64,000 nt of DNA, taken from positions 864,001 to 928,000 of the forward strand of contig CAWIXE010000001.1 in NCBI GenBank assembly GCA_963840035.1, written 5' to 3'. The translations under genes and the position numbers were made by a program. Source of the DNA: a candidate division FCPU426 bacterium. GTDB taxonomy: Bacteria; Oederibacteriota; PGYV01; Palsa-1178. Below are positions 59,863 through 64,000 of the stretch, one piece after another (the first letter of the stretch is position 1; every line of letters begins with the position of its first letter). The notes beneath the pieces were generated by a model, which worked only from the letters and a program-made list of their open reading frames with translations, had not been told where the DNA came from and ran no database searches.

Positions 59863-60945
59863 ATGGACAAAAAATGGCAGCCCAAATACGGGATTTCGAA
59901 TAATATAATGGAATTTTTGATGAAAATTGCGTCAATGCGGGACATGATAGCAAAGGAAGCAATCGCCCCAAAAGTTGAAGCGAAATTAAAGCATGAAGCG
60001 CGGTTAAGGGCTACGCATTATTCGACCAGAATAGAAGGAAACAGGCTCTCTTTAAGGCAGACGAAAGATGTAATTGATGAAAACAGAAAAGATCTTTTCG
60101 GCAGGGAAAGGGATGTAAAGGAAGTAGAAAACTACTGGAACGCGCTCATAGAAACAGAAAAGCTGGCGCGAAAGCAGGCTGTGTTCAGCGAAGAACTTAT
60201 AAAAAAGATACATGCCCTGGTCGAATCCGGGAAAAAAGGCAAATCCACTCCATACAGGCCGCAGCAAAATGTCATAAAAGATTCCATGACGGGCGGGATT
60301 GTGTATCTGCCGCCGGAAGCAAAAGACGTTCCGGGGCTGATGAAAAAGCTTGTTAACTGGGTGAAATGGGCAGAGGAAACAAAGGTCCCGGTCCCGATTG
60401 TTGCGGCGCTGGTACATTATCAGTTTGTGACTATTCATCCATATTATGATGGTAATGGCAGGACGGCCAGGCTGTTGGCCACGTTTGTCATGCAGAAGGG
60501 TAATTTCGGGCTCAATGGCATGTTCTCTCTGGAAGAGTATCACGCAAAGGAAATAGAAACGTATTACAGGGAACTTTCAACGCACCCTCATCATAATTAC
60601 TATTTTGGACGTGAGACCGCGGACCTTACTGGCTGGGTGGTTTATTTTTTAAAGCTGATTGAGGAGGCTTTTACAGAACTCAAGGAGACGATACAGTCCC
60701 GGACACCGTCCGGCAGCAGGAAAAATATGGAGAATTTAAAGCAGCTTGACCGCAGGGCGAAAGAGATATATCCGCTTTTTGAGTCTTCCATGAACATAAC
60801 ATCATCGGATATTGCGCGGGTATTGAAGGTAAAAAACCGCATGGCCGCGTATCTGGCAAAGGATTGGGTCAAAAAAGGATTTCTCGTTGCTGTCGGCGGT
60901 TCAAATAAGACCAGGGCATATGTACTGGCAGATAAGTATAAGTAA
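59863..60945 (+). CDS. Fic family protein with C-terminal wHTH
   Basis: HYSTRIEGN; HPYYDGNGRTAR. Confidence 0.92.
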   Translation: MDKKWQPKYGISNNIMEFLMKIASMRDMIAKEAIAPKVEAKLKHEARLRATHYSTRIEGNRLSLRQTKDVIDENRKDLFGRERDVKEVENYWNALIETEKLARKQAVFSEELIKKIHALVESGKKGKSTPYRPQQNVIKDSMTGGIVYLPPEAKDVPGLMKKLVNWVKWAEETKVPVPIVAALVHYQFVTIHPYYDGNGRTARLLATFVMQKGNFGLNGMFSLEEYHAKEIETYYRELSTHPHHNYYFGRETADLTGWVVYFLKLIEEAFTELKETIQSRTPSGSRKNMENLKQLDRRAKEIYPLFESSMNITSSDIARVLKVKNRMAAYLAKDWVKKGFLVAVGGSNKTRAYVLADKYK

Positions 60946-61000
60946 GGATTTATCTGCAATTTAAATGCAATTAATCCGCAATAAGAATAAGGGGGAAGTA

Positions 61001-62780
61001 ATGACAAGAAAAATTATCTTAGTACTGTTCGTTTTGCTCTGGGCCTTCGGCCTTGCAGCCGACAACCTTACGCTTTTATACCACAAGTTTGAATACTCCA
61101 CCACCGACCTGTATGCCGTCATGCCCGAGGTTTTTGAGTGGCAGGTCAATTATATCAAAAAGAAGAACCTGGACATCATCAGGCTCAAGCAGATGACGGA
61201 TTTTTATGATAAAGGCACAGGCAGCATCGACAAAACCGCGCTTATCACTTTTGACGACGGATGGGAGAGCGAGATGAAAGTCCTGCCCATTCTTGAAAAA
61301 TACAGCGCGCCGGTCACTTACTACCTCTACAAGCTGGTCCTTAACAGGTCCAGCCACTACATGTCATACGCCGACATTGATGCCCTAAAAACAGCGGGGC
61401 TTGCCGACTTTGGTTGCCACAGTTATACCCACATACCCCTCATAAAAAAAGATGAAAAGACCCTGGAACATGAGGTTGTAGACGCGAAAGCCGCTGATGA
61501 GGGCGTGCTGAAGATGAAGCTGGATACGTTTGCCTATCCATACGGGATGTATGACCACGCCGCAAAAAATAAGGTTAAGGAAAACTTTAAAATCGCCTTC
61601 GGCGTCAATGACGGGTGGAACAAGGCAGGAACGGATAAATACAACCTGTGCAGGTGGGTGATATACAAGTCCACGGGTTTCGGGGAGTTCATGTCCTATG
61701 TCAATTACGCGGCCGGCGAAAAAGACAGGGGCTATAAGTCGCACTTCATCGGGACCGGGCGCGATGATGAGGGCCATTTTGACAGGATACAGTTCAAGGT
61801 ATATAAGTTCCCGGAGGAAGATATGGCAAAAACAGCGCTGATAATTCCGTCGTCCGGCGCGGGTCCGGCATGGGCACATAAGCTCATAAAGAACCTCAAC
61901 GCGTCAGGTTTTGAGTGCCACCTCGTCTCCGGCAGGAATAATTACATACCTTTTTACAGGCCTGATGAAGTCATGAAGGTTGTTAAAGACTGGGGGCTTG
62001 AAGAGGCCATAAGGGACTTAAAGGAAGTTCTTGACTATAAAGGGCTTGAAAACAGAAAAGCTGTTGTTTTTGCCTGGGGCGACGGGTTTGATACGCTCAT
62101 GGCGCTGCTCGGGACTTACCCGGAATACGCGGCTAAATTAAGCGGCATAATAGCGGTAAATCCTTCCCTGGAGGGCGGCAAGGCAAATCTGGAATACTAT
62201 AAAGGGGAGATTGATAATTATGAAGCCATGATAGCATCCGGCAAATACGAGGCGTCAAGCCTGGAATATTTTTTAAAGATTAAGACCCTCATGGATCTTT
62301 TTGTGGTAAAACCGGACGGGTTAAGCCCCTTCGGCAAAACAATGGGTTTCCCCGGGGCCACAAACAGCGCCCTGCTTGCGAAGTTCATAAACGCCGGCAA
62401 CCGTGCGGAACTGGGGATTGACCTGAAAAAGGAGGCCTCTCTGCTGAAAGACTTCAGGGAAGCCTGCGTCCAGCCCGCGCCGATGTTCGGCATGGTCATA
62501 CCTGCGGAATACATGCTTGATTTGAATAAGCTGTGGTACGGGGATTTTTACTCAAAAGATATGGGCGTGGTGCACGCCGGAAAAATAAAACTTCCGGCTG
62601 CTTTTCTTTTACTCGAAATTATATTCCGCTAACGAAACCGCGGCTAAAGCTGCGTTTGCCTCGCTTAAAGTCACGGGGGAATACGCGTGGGACGACGAGT
62701 CAACCGTGGAAATACTATTTGATGACGGATTCATAAGCAGGGCAATACCCCAGGCAGGCCTTATGCATTCAGGGAAATAA
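61001..62780 (+). CDS. Secreted polysaccharide deacetylase fused to an alpha/beta-hydrolase-like domain; apparent +1 frameshift near 62600
   Basis: LLYH, ITFDDG, CHSYTH and FAYPYG. The frame stops at 62632 but the adjacent frame continues YSKLYSANE...HSGK to TAA 62780. Confidence 0.75.
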
Positions 62781-62797
62781 GTGCGGCAGCCGCAGTA

Positions 62798-63649
62798 TTA
62801 GCTGCGGACAGTTGCGGATGACTTGTTATGCTTGTTCAAAAGGTTCAGCCAGTTTTTGAATGTTTTAAATAAAGAGTTTTTTGTCTCGATTATAGGCGGG
62901 CTGCTCAGTTTAACAGCGGCAGAAACCGCGCGGGCGGTTTTCGGGGCCAGCACTGCCACTGACATTTCACCGTCGGTATAATATAGGTCACCGTTTCCAT
63001 TCTTCCTGCTTATTGCCGGTCCTATCCCGGACACTTGATAATACTTTTCAACACGGCCGGATTTTATTAGCCCTTCCACGAGAGAATCCCTTTCAGTATC
63101 TATGTCCGGGGCGATGCAATGGGTGACCTCCCCGGTATAATGGCTGAACTCAAGCCCTTTGTCAAAGGTGGCGGCCCCCGCCCACAGGGGCGTTCCGTTT
63201 GATGTTTTTTTATCAGTCATCCAGAAACGCACATGGTGCCTTTTTCGCAGCCGCGGGTCTGTGACTATTTCAAAAGCAAAGTCTTCACGTTTTCCATAGA
63301 GGAACAGGTCAGATACGGGGGCTGAAAGGTATTTCCTTTTGAGCATGAGTCCCAGCGCTGTCTTAACGGAACTTTTAAGCGTTATGTTGTCGGCCTTTGA
63401 CCAGCCCGCGGATATCATGGAGTTTATAAGCGCTTCCTTATCCGCCGCTATCATGATATTTATGGGATCACCGTGTATACCGTAGCGGGTGTATGTTATC
63501 TTTTGTATGGCGGAGAGAGAGGGGTGATGTTCGTAATGCACCCAGAATTCGGGAAGGAGCAAGTAGGCAATGACAATGTAAATTATCAAAAACCCGAGTG
63601 CCGGGTATATGATGAGCCTGTCCATGGCTGAATTGATTTTTGTTTTCAT
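62798..63649 (-). CDS. LssY C-terminal domain protein
   Basis: GDPINI, APVSDLFLYG, RHHVRFW, WAGAATFD, H.IAPDIDTERD and YYTDG. Confidence 0.85.
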   Translation of the reverse strand: MKTKINSAMDRLIIYPALGFLIIYIVIAYLLLPEFWVHYEHHPSLSAIQKITYTRYGIHGDPINIMIAADKEALINSMISAGWSKADNITLKSSVKTALGLMLKRKYLSAPVSDLFLYGKREDFAFEIVTDPRLRKRHHVRFWMTDKKTSNGTPLWAGAATFDKGLEFSHYTGEVTHCIAPDIDTERDSLVEGLIKSGRVEKYYQVSGIGPAISRKNGNGDLYYTDGEMSVAVLAPKTARAVSAAVKLSSPPIIETKNSLFKTFKNWLNLLNKHNKSSATVRS

Positions 63650-63760
63650 GGTAAAATTTTATTATTATTCCGGGTGTAAGTCAAGGCAGTATTCAGGATT
63701 GCATCTAAAGGGTTGAAATAAGAGACAGAGCAGGCTCTGTCTGTATAAAAAAAATGGCCT

Positions 63761-64000
63761 TGTAGAGCCGCCGCTTGCTGCGGCTCAGGGCAGGTGTTAG
63801 ACGGGCACGAGGCCCGTCTCTACGAGTTTTGGGAGATTTGTGAATCGCCCCTGCGTGGCAATAAATATTTACAACCACTGTAGAGACGCCCCTGGTGGGC
63901 GTCTCAGGGCAGGTGTTAGACGGGGACGAGCCCCGTCTCTACGAGTTTTGGGAGATTTGTGAATCGCCCCTGCGTGGCAATAAATATTTACAACCACTGT
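63761..64000. repeat. Tandem REP-cluster (BIME-like) units of ~119 bp, continuing past the window end
   Basis: Two near-identical units, each with GTAG-footed hairpins and GGGAGATTTGTGAATCGCCC. Confidence 0.85.

Overview
Bacterial chromosomal window. It is probably from an uncultured diderm lineage; the Thr-rich secreted proteins with a YPNP-type C-terminal domain resemble those of Ca. Goldbacteria-like genomes, but this is an inference. 0-7.4 kb: pbpC (5'-partial), a SpoIID/LytB protein, malQ and mgtA. 7.6-32.3 kb: a plant-polysaccharide degradation island with six large secreted modular enzymes (GH8, GH30, CE4, GH5+GH16, PL11, PL1). All six end in the same ~100-aa T9SS-CTD-like domain after Thr-rich linkers. 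They are interleaved with three LacI repressors, a duplicated promoter/operator module, an orphan 7TM histidine kinase and a 5 x 105-bp array of palindromes built from telomere-like hexamers. 32.6-52 kb: a plastic accessory region with Fic genes, a nitroreductase, a five-gene cluster of unknown envelope/outer-membrane proteins, hsdM/yhcG/other gene fragments, a 180-bp element present twice and an IS256-type MITE with a target duplication. 52-64 kb: two HTH-less LacI sensor proteins, STAS/SEC14-like and PilZ proteins, eno, rsgA, a third Fic, a frameshifted deacetylase-hydrolase fusion, an LssY-like gene and REP clusters. I found no rRNA, tRNA, CRISPR array, integrase, transposase or reverse transcriptase.
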